NCBI GenBank assembly: GCA_030390025.1
Contig: CM059425.1
Location: 175,524,001-175,588,000, forward strand
Direction: 5' to 3'
DNA: 64,000 nucleotides
Source of the DNA: Squalus acanthias
Taxonomy: Eukaryota
The notes beneath the pieces are model-generated. The model was not told the origin of the DNA. It did not search any database and worked only from the letters and a program-made list of their open reading frames with translations. Made by a program: the position numbers and the translations under genes. Positions 12,911 through 24,559 of the stretch are shown here, one piece after another. Every line of letters starts with the position of its first letter. The first letter of the stretch is position 1.

Positions 12911-13802
12911 AAACTTTATAACACTTCATAATCTTCAAGACTTTTATCAGGATATCACTTCATTTCAACTCTTAATCGGAAAAATAAATCCCTACATTTA
13001 CAGTATGAAATGGGCAATAGTTAATAAGAAATGGTCTATTTGTCCTTCAACTATGAAGATGTAACCATAGCACTTTTCTTGGCAGATTTGAATCTGAAAT
13101 GTATGTACCTAATCTGTATTTGTTGTTGTACTTGCATAGCTGTGATCTTCATTAAAACAAGTGAATTTTACATCAAAAATGAGAAGATACAAGTTTTGTG
13201 TGGCCAGTGGGATTTTCAGAAGATGAGATAGTTGATTTATATAGTTCACATCCCAAAGCGCATCAGTCACTGAAGTAGTTTTGAAATATAGTCACTGTTG
13301 TAATGTAGGCAAAACGGCAGTCAGTTTTTTTTTTACAGAAAAGCCTCTTCATGCTGATATCGTTTAATTAATTAAAAATCAGACGTCCGAGTTTCTGAAA
13401 TAACATTTCTCAATTTGCTGAAGAATCCGATTCCTAATTAGGTTGTGTGATTCCCATTATCAATATTCACATTTGTGATTCCCATAAAGGATAAGCTTTC
13501 AGTCTTTACTGGTCATTTGGGGAATGATGAAAACCATCAGGATCCTTCTCGCATTGCTTTAAACGTGGTGTCAATCACCAAGGAGCAGTATAGATTGCAT
13601 TTATTGTGGAGATTATATCTTATAGTCCTGCCACTCAGGCAGACAGAATGTCATGAAGGGTATTTCATTATAGTAAATTAAGATATGTAGTCATTTAAAT
13701 TATTTTCATATTGCAAAATGGCATAGCATTTTTTGCAGGTTGTGGTCATTTTTCCTAGGAGCACGATCTCCTGTATATTTAGTATACTCTGAAAGTAAGA
13801 TC

Positions 13803-14270
13803 AGAACATAACATAAGAATTAGGAGCAGGAGTAGGCCATATGGCCCCTCGAGCCTGCTCCGCCATTCAATAAGATTTTCGACCTCAACTCCACTTTCCC
13901 ACCCGATCTCCATATCCCTTGATTCCCCTAGAGTCCAAAAATGTATCTATCTCTCAGCCTTGAATATAATCAACGATTCAGCAGCCACAGCCCTTTGGGG
14001 TAGAGAATTCCAAAAATTCACAAGCCTCTGAGTGAAGGAATTCCTCCTCATCTGTTTTAAATGGCCGACCCCTTATCCTGAGAATCTGCCCCCTAGTTCG
14101 AGACTCCAGCCAGGAGAAACAACCTCTCCTCATAGAAACATAAAAGATTCTGAGGGGGATTGACAGGGTAGATGCGATCACCTCTCATTCTTCTAAATTC
14201 CAGAGAGTATAGGCCCAATCTACTCAATCTCTCCTCATAGGACAACCCTCTCATCCCAGGGATCAATCAG
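13803..14270 (-). mobile_element. CR1 3' fragment with a 47-bp internal inversion
   Basis: CR1 tail and C-terminal ORF2 coding sequence. Bases 14129-14175 are in the opposite orientation. Confidence 0.85.
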
Positions 14271-14547
14271 TCCTCACAGTTTAAGGGTAAATTGCAATGT
14301 ACTTGTGTTGCAGTCTCTTTTCAGACAGCTTTGCAGCTAAAGTAGTTGAGTGCTGACTGCTAACTAGAAAATTATAGATTTTGAGTCTGAGGATCATAAT
14401 ATCCTTAGGTGAAGGAATTTTGTCTGTTTTCAGTCGTGCTGTTAATTGGGGTGCATTGGCAACGTGGAGGAAAAGTTCTGAAATTTGATTCAGACCACCT
14501 CCTGCCACCCAGATTAAAAAAGTAACAGTCATGTAATTTGTCTTTAG

Positions 14548-14751
14548 GGCTCTAAATCTCCGTCACCGAGGCCAAATGTACCAGTTCGCTTTTTCATTTT
14601 GAAGAGCAGCAACCTGCGTAATCTTGAGATTTCTCAACAAAAGGGAATCTGGTCCACTACACCCAGCAATGAACGAAAACTAAACCGTGCATTTTGGGAA
14701 AGCAGCATTGTGTATCTAGTATTTTCTGTGCAAGGATCAGGGCACTTCCAG
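14548..14751 (+). CDS. YTHDC2: YTHDC2 coding exon, N-terminal part of the YTH domain (GSKSPSPRPNVPVRFFILKSSN...SVQGSGHFQ)
   Basis: TCTTTAG acceptor and CAG|GTGAAA donor, 204 nt. YTH motifs KSSN, GIWSTT and FSVQGSGHFQ. Confidence 0.96.
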
Positions 14752-15049
14752 GTGAAAATTTTACTTTATAGAAGTATTTAACAGCTGTGTATTTATTCTC
14801 TTCAATTAGGTTGCATGTTATGAATTACTCATATTTAAAAAAAAATCCTTTTTTAAACTTATTTTCTTAAGTAACTTCCCATTAGACACTTGATTTAACA
14901 AATAAGCAAATTGTGAATTATCTGTGCCACATTCATTGTTCCATGGGTTGAATTTTCAATCGCTTAAGTAATTTGCTTTTTCAGCTTCTGAGAAGCATCA
15001 CTTCATTTCATAGTACTTGTAAAAAGACTCTGTTGTGCAATAATTTGTT

Positions 15050-18000
15050 AGTCATAACGGCACGGAAGGAGGCCATTTGGCCCATCGAGTCCCCGCCGGC
15101 GCTCTGTAGAGCAATCCAGTCAGTCCCATTCCCCCGCTCTATCCCCATAGCCCTGCAAGTTTATTTCCCTCAAGTGCCTATCCAGTCTCCCCTCGAAAAC
15201 AGTGAGTGTCTCCGCTTCCAGCGAATTCCAGGTCATTACCACTCGCTGCGTAAAAAAGTTTTTCCTCACATTCCCCCCTGTATCTCTTGCCCAAAACCTT
15301 AAATCTGTGTACCCTAGTCCTTGTACCATCAACTAGTGGGAACAGCCTTTCCCCGTCTAGCCTATCCAAACCCATCATAATCTTGTACACCTCTATCAAA
15401 TCACCCCTCAACCTCCTTTGCTCTAATGAAAACAAATCCAGCTTCTCCAACCTGTCCTTGTAGCTAAGATCCCCCATCCCCGGAACCATTCTGGTAAATC
15501 TCCTCTGCACCCTCTCAATGGCCTTCACATCCTTCCTAAAGTGTGGTGACCAGAACTGGATGCAATACTCCAGTTGTGACCTAACCAGCGCTTTATAAAG
15601 GTTCAGCATAACTTTTCTACTTTTGTACTCAATACCTCTATTTATGAAGCCCAAGATCCTATATGCTTTGTTAACCACTCTCTCTATGTCCTGCCACCTT
15701 CAGGGACCTATGCACATTAACTCCCAGGTCCCTCTGTCCCTGCACACACTTTTAAACTGTGCCATTAAGTGTATATTGCCTCTCCCTGTTCCTTCTGCCA
15801 AAATACATCACCTCACACTTCTCTGTATTAAATTCCATCTGCCACTTGTCTGCCCATTCCGCTAGCCTTTCTATGTCCTGTTGCAGTCGATTGGTATCAT
15901 CCTCACTGTTTGCCACACCCCCAAGTTTGGTGTCATTGGCAAATTTAGAAATTCTACTCTGTATTCCAATATCCAGGCCATTTATATAGCAGTGGCCCCA
16001 GCACTGACCCTTGGGGAACACCACTGTCTACCATCCTCCAGTCTGAAAAACAGCCGTTTACCACAACTCGCTGTTTTCTATCCTTAAACCAATTCCTTAT
16101 CCAAGCTGCCACTGACCCACCTATTCCATGAGCCTCAATTTTGTTAACCAGGCTTCTATGTGGTACTTTGTCAAACGCCTTCCTAAAATCCATGTAGACA
16201 ACATCCATTGCATTCCCTTCATCAATCCTCCCTGTTACTTCATCAAAAAATTCAATTAGATTAGTCAAACACGATCTGCCTTTTACAAATCCATGTTGGC
16301 TCTCCTTAATTAGCTTAAACCTCTCCAAGTGCCATTAATTTTTTCCTTGATTATTGTTTCTAAAACTTTACCCACCACTGATGTTAAACTGACCGGCCTG
16401 TAGTTACTAGGATTGTCCTTACACCCTTTCTTGAACAAATGTCACATTTGCCATTTTCCAACCCTCGGGCACCTCCCCTGCATCGAGGGAAGATTGGAAA
16501 ATTATGGCAAGCCCTTCCGCTATCTCCTCCCCCAATTCCCTTCGCAACTTGGGATGCAAGCCATCTGGGCCAGGTGACTTATCCATTCTAAGCCTATCCA
16601 GTCTTTCTAGTACATCCTGTCTATCAATTTTCACCCCTTCCATTGCTTCTACCTTTTCCACTTCTTTTGTCAGTATCCACCTCCTTAGTAAACACCGATA
16701 CAAAGTACTCAATGAGTATTCTAGCCTTGCCCTGCGCCTCTAAGCATATATCACCTTCTTTGTCCCTAATAGGCCCCACCCCACCTCTTACTACCCGCTT
16801 ACTGTTTACATGCCGGTAGAAGATTTTTGGGTTCCCTTTCATGTTGACCGCCATTCTACTCTCATATTCTCTCTTTGCCAATCTTATTTTAATTTTCACT
16901 TCCCCTCTCAACTTATTGTATTTGGTCTGAAGAATTCACCTGACTTGCATCATACACCCTCTTTTTTTGTTTAATCATCTTCTCTATCTCCCTCGTCATC
17001 CAAGGAGCCCTTCCTTTGGTTCCCTTACCCTTCCCTCTTGTTGGAATGTGCCTAACCTGTACTTTGAACATCTCCTCCTTAAAGATCACCCATTGTTCCG
17101 TTACAGTTTTTCCTGACAGTCTTTGGTTCCATTTTACCCTGGCTGGATCCTTTTGCATCCCATTGAAGTTAGCCCTATTCCAGTTTAGAAGTTCCACTCT
17201 AGATTGTTCCTTGCTCCTCTCCATTGCCAATCTAAATCTTATGATACGATGATCACTCGTACCCAAGTGTTCTCCCACAGACACTTGGTCGACCTGGCCC
17301 ACCTCATTCCCCAGCACCAGATTCAGCAATGCATCCTTCCTGGTTGGGCCAAGAACGTATTGGTCAAGGAAATTCTCCTGAACACATTTCAGAAATTCCT
17401 CCCCCTCCTTTCCCTTTACCCTAGCATTATCCCGATCGATATTTGGGTAATTAAAGTCCCCCAATATCACCACTCTATAGCTCTTGCATATCTCTGTGAT
17501 TTCCCTGCAGATTTGCTTCTCTACCTCCCTCTCACTATTTGGAGGCCTATAGAATACCCCCAATAGCGTGATCATACCCTTTTTGCTCCTCAACTCTAAC
17601 CAAATGGATTCTGTCCTTGTCCCCTCAAGAACATCCTCCCTTTCCAACACTACAATGTCTTCCTTAATCAGCACTGCCACCCCACCTCCCTTTATTCCTT
17701 CCCTATCTTTTCTGAAAACCTTGTACCCTTGAATATTAAGTGCCCAATCCTCACCGTTTTTAAGCCACGTTTCCGTTATTGCCACAACATCATATTGCCA
17801 CACGGCTAATTGTGCTTGTAGCTCACCAACCTTATTCACCACACTTTGTGCGTTTATGTACATGCATTCTAAACCCATTTTTGAATTTTTCGTAGTCTTT
17901 CTTCGGCTGCTCCTATCTAATATGGTACTACTTCCGCCTCTAGTACTACTTTCTTCTCTAGTACTATCCAACACACGCTTTTATGCACCTTATTCCTCTT

Positions 18001-19315
18001 CTACTCCTAAATGCTGGTGCCCATCCCCCTGCCAAGCTAGTTTAAACCCTCCCCAACAGCACTAGCAAACCTCCCCGCGAGAATATTGGTTCCGGCTCTG
18101 TTGAGGTGTAACCCTTCCGGCTTGTACAGATCCCACCTTCCCCAGAAATGGTCCCAATGCCTCAGGAATCTAAAGCCCTCCCTCCTGCACCATCTCTCCA
18201 GCCACGCATTTATCTGTTCTATCCTCCTATTCCTGTACTCACTAGCTCGTGGCACCAGGAGTAATCCGGAGATTACTACCTTTGAGGTCCTGCTTTTTAA
18301 TCTCTTTCCTAGCTCCCTATAGTCTGCCTGCAGGACCTCATCCCTCTTTCTGCTTATGTCGTTGGTACCGATATGGACAACGACCTCTGGCTGTTCACCC
18401 TCCCCCCTCAGAGTGTCCTGCAGCTGCTTAATGACATCCTTGACCCTGGCACCAGAGAGGCAACATACCATCCTGGAGTCATGCCTGTATCCACAGAAAC
18501 GCCTATCTGTTCCCCTAACTAATGAATCCCCTATCACTATTGCTCTTCCACTCTCCTTCCTCTCCCACTGTGCAGCTGAGCCACCCGTGGTGCCGTGGCC
18601 TTGGCTCTGGCTGATCTTCCCAGAGGAACCATCACCCCCACCAGTTTCCAGAACTGTGAACCGGTTAGCGAGTGAGATGCACTCTGGGAATTCCTGCCCT
18701 ACCTGCCTGGTCCTCCTTCCCTGTCTGGTGGTAACCCATTCCCTCTCTGCCTGCACATTCTGAGACTGCGGGGTGAACACTTCTAGAAACATGCTTTCCA
18801 AGTATTTCTCAGCCTCGCGGATGCACTGTAGTGACTCCAGCTGCTGCTCAAGCTCCGAAACCCGGAGCTCGAGTTGCTGCAGTTGGTGACACTTCCTGCA
18901 CATGTGGCCGTCCAGGTCCAGGATTTCCCACATGGCACAGGATGTACAAATCACGGGACTGAGCTGCCCGGCCATGCCTCTATTTACGAGACTGGAGGTA
19001 ATTTAGCAGAAATAAACTTTAAACTTAACAAGAAACACTCAACAGCTACCCACCAATCAGCACTTCCCTCTATTAGATAGGCTATGAACTACTTAGCAGA
19101 AATATACTCGAAACAGAACAAAAAAAAACTTACCACAAATACTCACCGCTCAGCTCCCTTGTGCCAGCGACGCCTTTGAATTCTGACGTCACTCCTTTGT
19201 TGTGTTGCTTGCCGACTGTCTCCCTCAGGCTCACTCAGACTCCCAGGCCTCTGCTCCGCGCTGCCTTTATCCCCGGTCTCCAACTCCGTTCCTCCCGCAG
19301 GTCCGCTCACTCAGA
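15050..19315 (-). mobile_element. Full-length CR1 LINE: GC-rich 5'UTR, open ORF1, frameshifted ORF2
   Basis: ORF1 at 18037-18975, APE ORF at 16913-17974, RT fragments at 15178-16911 and a CR1 tail. Confidence 0.95.
18037..18975 (-). CDS. CR1 ORF1 protein: CxxC..CxxC zinc-binding region, coiled coil and SGNH/GDSL esterase (312 aa)
   Basis: CTSC..CRKC, LELRVSELEQQL heptads, GDSLVR, HIGTND and EGLHL. Confidence 0.85.
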   Translation of the reverse strand: MAGQLSPVICTSCAMWEILDLDGHMCRKCHQLQQLELRVSELEQQLESLQCIREAEKYLESMFLEVFTPQSQNVQAEREWVTTRQGRRTRQVGQEFPECISLANRFTVLETGGGDGSSGKISQSQGHGTTGGSAAQWERKESGRAIVIGDSLVRGTDRRFCGYRHDSRMVCCLSGARVKDVIKQLQDTLRGEGEQPEVVVHIGTNDISRKRDEVLQADYRELGKRLKSRTSKVVISGLLLVPRASEYRNRRIEQINAWLERWCRREGFRFLRHWDHFWGRWDLYKPEGLHLNRAGTNILAGRFASAVGEGLN

Positions 19316-20230
19316 CTAGATTAACGTTTTATTTCCACTAACTTTCTATCATCAAGCACTTGGTTGCTTTTGAAATTGCGCATATACGCATAAACATATG
19401 GATATCTAGAATTGTGACCTCAGTAACCTTAAAATATTTTCACCAAACTTGATAAGTAAATTCTGACTGAAATAGATAAGCTGTAAAAATTATGGGAGAC
19501 CGAACTTCACAGATTTAGAGAAGTTTCACTAAATGCAGTGTTGGGCATTATTGAATACAAGACACACATAACAAGAAAAAAGTCATAAACATAAATTCTA
19601 ACTGAAAAATATAATCTACTCCTTTTAATTCAAAGTTATGGATCTTTTTGAGCAAAATTGTGTCCTGTGCTGTTTTATTTAAATTGCTTAATTTACAGTA
19701 CTGGGTAATTAAATCTAACTGAGAGATTAACAAAAATAAAACGAAGAACAACCTAGTTTTGAATAGAATTTGCAATAACAGATTTTTCAGTTTAAAAAAA
19801 AAATAAAAATAAAATATGTGGATGCCAAGTCCCATTCAGAAAGCACTTACAAATCTTCAGGAATTACTATCACAACATTTTGTTCCAGAGGGAGTTTTGT
19901 GTAGTCTCCCCTCATGCTGGCATTGTTTCTCCTTCTCATTGGCCTCAAATCTGTGTTTTGTTCTCCTCTTCCTGCAATCTACGTTCCTCTTCTTCCAGTC
20001 TCATTTCTTCTCAATTAAAACTCTTGCTCCTTCAGCTGAAGTTCTCTCTCTTTTACTTCCACTGCTAAACATCCATTTCAATTTCTGCCTCCTGATCTGG
20101 TTGACATTTTTAATTATTGCTGCTTCTGTTCACTATGAAATTTTAAATGCTTATGGGGATTCGATTTATGTACAGAATCCCCATAAGCATATTAGGAATG
20201 GCATAAAAAAAATTGCTCTGCTTTGTTTAG

Positions 20231-20413
20231 GGTTTTGCCAGAATGATCTCTGAGATAGGGCGGGAGAGAAGCCAGGAGTGGGGTTCTGCCGGGCTAGGAG
20301 GTGTCTTCCGAGTGGAATGGATAAGAAAGGAAAGCCTTCCTTTCCAATATGCCCACCATCTGCTCAACCCATGGAATGATAATAAGAAAGTCCAGATAAG
20401 CAGAGATGGACAG
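20231..20413 (+). CDS. YTHDC2: YTHDC2 coding exon, YTH domain (GFARMISEIGRERSQEWGSAGLGGVFRVEW...NPWNDNKKVQISRDGQ)
   Basis: TTTGTTTAG acceptor and CAG|GTATGA donor, 183 nt. The aromatic-cage Trp/Leu residues of WGSAGL are retained. Confidence 0.96.
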
Positions 20414-22649
20414 GTATGATCTAACATTCAGTATATGTACATTATGTGCTTTCTTGCAAGATATTTTTCTTCCAGAAGAGCAGTTGTACTTCTGTATCAG
20501 TTTAATTTTGCATTTGGATGAATTTTTTTGATCTCTAAGAAATACTCACAAAAATGTCTTTTAAATTGCATATATGAGTCTTGTCAGTTCTGTATGGTGG
20601 GCGAATGGTTTAATTTGATCAGTTATTTGAATTTGAAGTCTACAAATGAGTGCTTTAAGAATTGGGCTGGTTGTTACTCAGCTGTTCGTGCACTCCGTTT
20701 TTAGAACACCTCAGTGCTGTAAAATGATGCAGGGTGATGTGGATACTTTCCCAAGTGAAGTGATGTCCACAACACACAGGCGTAGGCAAAAGACATTGGT
20801 GTTTGTAGGAATGGCATCATAGCCCACTGTGCGATGCACATTAATGGCTACATGTAATTTACACCCATTTGTTAACTGTTACAATTCTGATCTGCTTATC
20901 TTATTTGTAAACAAAATGTCCTATTCACTGGAGCTGCACCTGAATAAGCATGACCTTGATGCCAGTCATGTTGGTGCACTGCAGAATTTCTGTCTTCCTC
21001 ACTTGTTCCTTAAATTTCATGAGATTATATATGCCTTTGGAATTTTCATGTGCTCGTGGTAGATAGAGCGTTGCCATTTTGCAGCTGTATTAATGAGCAC
21101 AGCTGCACTGCACACTTTAACTTCAGGTTGCATTCATTCTAAATATGATGCTGCATTGCCCTTTTTGATGTAGCTGTCAATATTTTGGTCCAAATGCACA
21201 TCATAATTGAGTATGCTGCTCAGGTGTATGAAGTTATTCGTGGCATTTAGTTTTGCATCTCATAGAATGATCTTGGGTTTATTGTAAGGTTGATGGGTAC
21301 AGTTTGATGTGTAACTTCGGTCTTTTTTGAACTGAGATTTTATAGATCAGGTTTGAACTGGGAGTATACAATGCAAGCAGGGATTCTAATTACTGAAGTA
21401 TCCCTTCCATAATATATCCCAATATGATGATACTATGGATAGCTAGATCTTTATATATTACTGTGTGTTGTGCTGGAACCTTTACTGGCTTTATAGTACT
21501 GTGGGGAGAATTACTTTTAATCTAAAGTCCACCACCTCCCAATAAAAGTTGCATTAAAAGGATCTTTTCTGCAGAAAATTTCTCTTCCAGTTGTGGGACA
21601 ATTGTTTGGAAATCATGAAAGCATGTGTAAGACAAACACTGTTAGATCACCGGTGGGTTTGTTCAAACAGTTAAGATACGTTCTTTTGATTACTGTTGGC
21701 AATAGTTCATGCTAACTAAACCTGTCAATAACCTTATACATGAAACTGCTGGCTGTTTATTATCCAGTGGCAGCTTAAGGTATAGAAAATGTTTTTACTG
21801 TAATTGCCCAATGGAATGCTGGTTATCCAGATGCTACCTACTTAAATTGACTCTCAAAACAAGCTAGATCTCCGAGCATATCTTGAATGTAAATATATCT
21901 CATTATACAGTACATCACTTTCTGATATTGCCACACTGTAATTGAATGCAATCAGTTATCCAAATTATTCAGTTAACTAAACTGGGATATTTCCCAAACT
22001 TTAGGGAGAAATGTTGTCCAAATGTGTTAGACCATATGTTGTACTAACGCTCCAGGACAAACCGTTAACTTCAGAGAATGTAATCCTGGTTATTCCAATT
22101 TTTAGACTTTGATTATTATATTTAACTTCTCTAATCCCCATACACACACACAATACATTGTATTTCTTAAGTTAATGTATCTTTAGTACATAGAAACATT
22201 TGATAGCTTTTCCCCTGTCCTCCAAGTATTTATTTTTTGTCAGTCCTAGTCTTATTTTTTGTGAGCTGCAGAGCAGCTTCACCTTTTATTTTATTTTTCA
22301 TTTAGCTTTCTTGCCTTTTCAGAGGGGTCAGCAGGCACCCGACTTTCAGGCCCCTTTGAAAGCTGACCTTGAGCCCACCAATGAAAACTCCATGATTTAG
22401 TGAATGGTCAAATGTTTCATGTTCGGCTAAGTCTGTATGTTTAGCATGTTCCCAATCATGAGAATGACCTGTCGCACCACACAAGTACACTGTGTTACTC
22501 TGGGGGGGGGGGGGGGGGTCGTACTCCTTAAGTGTTCATTATGCCTTTCACATAGTACTTTTAAAATTTACTTTATCTGCTTACTTGAGATAACTGGATA
22601 AGGTTTGAAAATATCAAGGGAATAGACTTGCTTTATGTGTCCTATACAG

Positions 22650-22754
22650 GAACTGGAGCCACAGGTTGGGGAACAGTTGCTGCAGCTCTGGGAGCGAATT
22701 CCTGTAGGAGGGAAGCTACCACAGACAGATAGCAGACTCGGCATATTTGGGGAG
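22650..22754 (+). CDS. YTHDC2: YTHDC2 coding exon, end of the YTH domain (ELEPQVGEQLLQLWERIPVGGKLPQTDSRLGIFGE)
   Basis: TACAG acceptor and the ELEPQVGEQLLQLWER motif. The 3' boundary is inferred from the GAG|GTAATG donor; if unspliced, the frame runs to TGA at 22824-22826. Confidence 0.85.
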
Positions 22755-23384
22755 GTAATGTTGGTTGGTCTAAAGTTATGTTCTCATTTTACTAGAATAG
22801 ATAATGAATCTTATGACAATGGCTGATATTGTGACATCCAGTCTATGGTTGTTTCACACTAATAGATTATTGCACACTTTGAAATATCTTTTAAACTGCA
22901 TGATGTGTTCTGCAACTATTAAAAATTCCTGTCAAAATATATTCCTGGAATAAATAGAATATTGCACTGGGTGATCTGTTCCAATTGTTTCTTAACTTGT
23001 GAAAAATTCCTTCATAATTCACTTGTGAAACAACAGTAACACCATTAGTGGTGTAATATCCCATCATTTTCAATTATAATGCACAATTTCCTACCACCTC
23101 TGTTTGTAAAACTTCCTTTTTGGAACATAATGTATAGCAGACAATATTGTACCAACATTTTTCAATACGGCTCACATTGTACCACCTGCAAATAGTAACA
23201 CTATATTACTATGTACTGGTATGCAGTATAAGAAACTATGGTGCAACAGAACAAATAGTTTTTATCCATGTTATTCCAAGCTCAGGACTAGTAGAATAAT
23301 TTTGCTTTTGGTTACATGTCACTGGTAAAATACAACACAGCACAACAGTTTTGTAAATCAAATACCTTTTCCCCATCTCTCCAA

Positions 23385-23640
23385 AAGGTGATGACCCTTG
23401 GGGTTTTTGTCAGTGGATTCTGGCAGCCCTTTCAAGTGACCATTCTTCATGTGTAGGTCTAGACACTGAGAATCCGCAGGTGATTTGACTGAGATGGAAA
23501 GCATCCCTGCTGAGCCTGACCCTGATCACACCTATTGTCCACACATACACTTGTACCAGGGGTCACTGGATAGTGATCAGGTACAGGAGCCTTGGCCCTG
23601 GCTGATTTTTCACTTCCCTCTCCTAGGTACCCCCTGGTCA
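23385..23640 (-). mobile_element. Ancient AmnSINE2-like SINE fragment
   Basis: Reverse strand reads AAAAATCAGCCAGGG...CTGATCACTATCCAGTGACCCCTGG...GTGTGGAC, resembling recalled AmnSINE2. Related pieces occur at 24090-24210 (-) and 29715-29865 (+). Confidence 0.5.
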
Positions 23641-24559
23641 ATTGTGGTGGAGCACAACATGTCCAGTTACTGAGGAACAGCAATCAACAAAGCAAATATA
23701 AAGCTAAACTATATAAAACTGCAGTGTACAAATTAGAGGAAGTCATGCTTGATGTACAATATTCTGGTCAGACCACACCTTAATTACTGTGTCCAGTTCT
23801 GGTCACTGACACACAAGGGACATAGATGTGGTCCTCTGACACTAGTGATCAATCCTGTGACTCTTCTAGGAACTAAGTTATGAGGAAAAAATGGAGAAAC
23901 TTGGGCTTCTCAGCCTTTCAATTAAGCAACTGAGAAGGGAACTTGTAGAGGTGGATAAAAAAAGGTAAATCGAGACACTATTTCACATTAAACTGTGTAA
24001 TTAGGATTGGGAAATCACAGGTTCAAACTAGGGATAGGCAAATGTAAGCTTATTTTCACATTATGATCAATATAGGAAAAGAAGCAATTGTGTCCTCTAC
24101 TGCTCTGACTGAAATCTGCGACCTCAGCACACAGTGGAGATTGAATTTTGGACTTTCCTGATTTGCTATGACTCAACTACTGACTGATAAACTTGCTGAG
24201 CCACCAGTGAAGATTAATTGCTACCTGTCCATGTAAAGGTCCTCCACTTTCTTAGTTCATATACTTAGTTTGTCCAGACCCCTCTGAATGACATCAATTT
24301 TTCATTCTTGCTGGCATTAGCAAATGTATTGGTAGAGCATTCTCTTCCATGTTCATGAATAGTGTGATTGGCTGGGCACCCAGAACAAAACCCCTACAGA
24401 ACTTTACTAGTTTTTTCCCATTTATAATCACCACTTCATTCTTGTTGCCAGTTCTTTTTTCAATCCTGCTAGCTAATTTGCTTTTGACTTCGGAGAGGAA
24501 TTTCCCAGATTTTTTTACCCCCCAAATTGGCCTGTGTTTTTTTTACCTCTCCCAGGAGT

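Noticed and set aside
19548..20253. Hydrophobic ORFs of 95 and 145 aa
   Set aside because: Low-complexity AT/pyrimidine-rich intron sequence with no recognisable domain.
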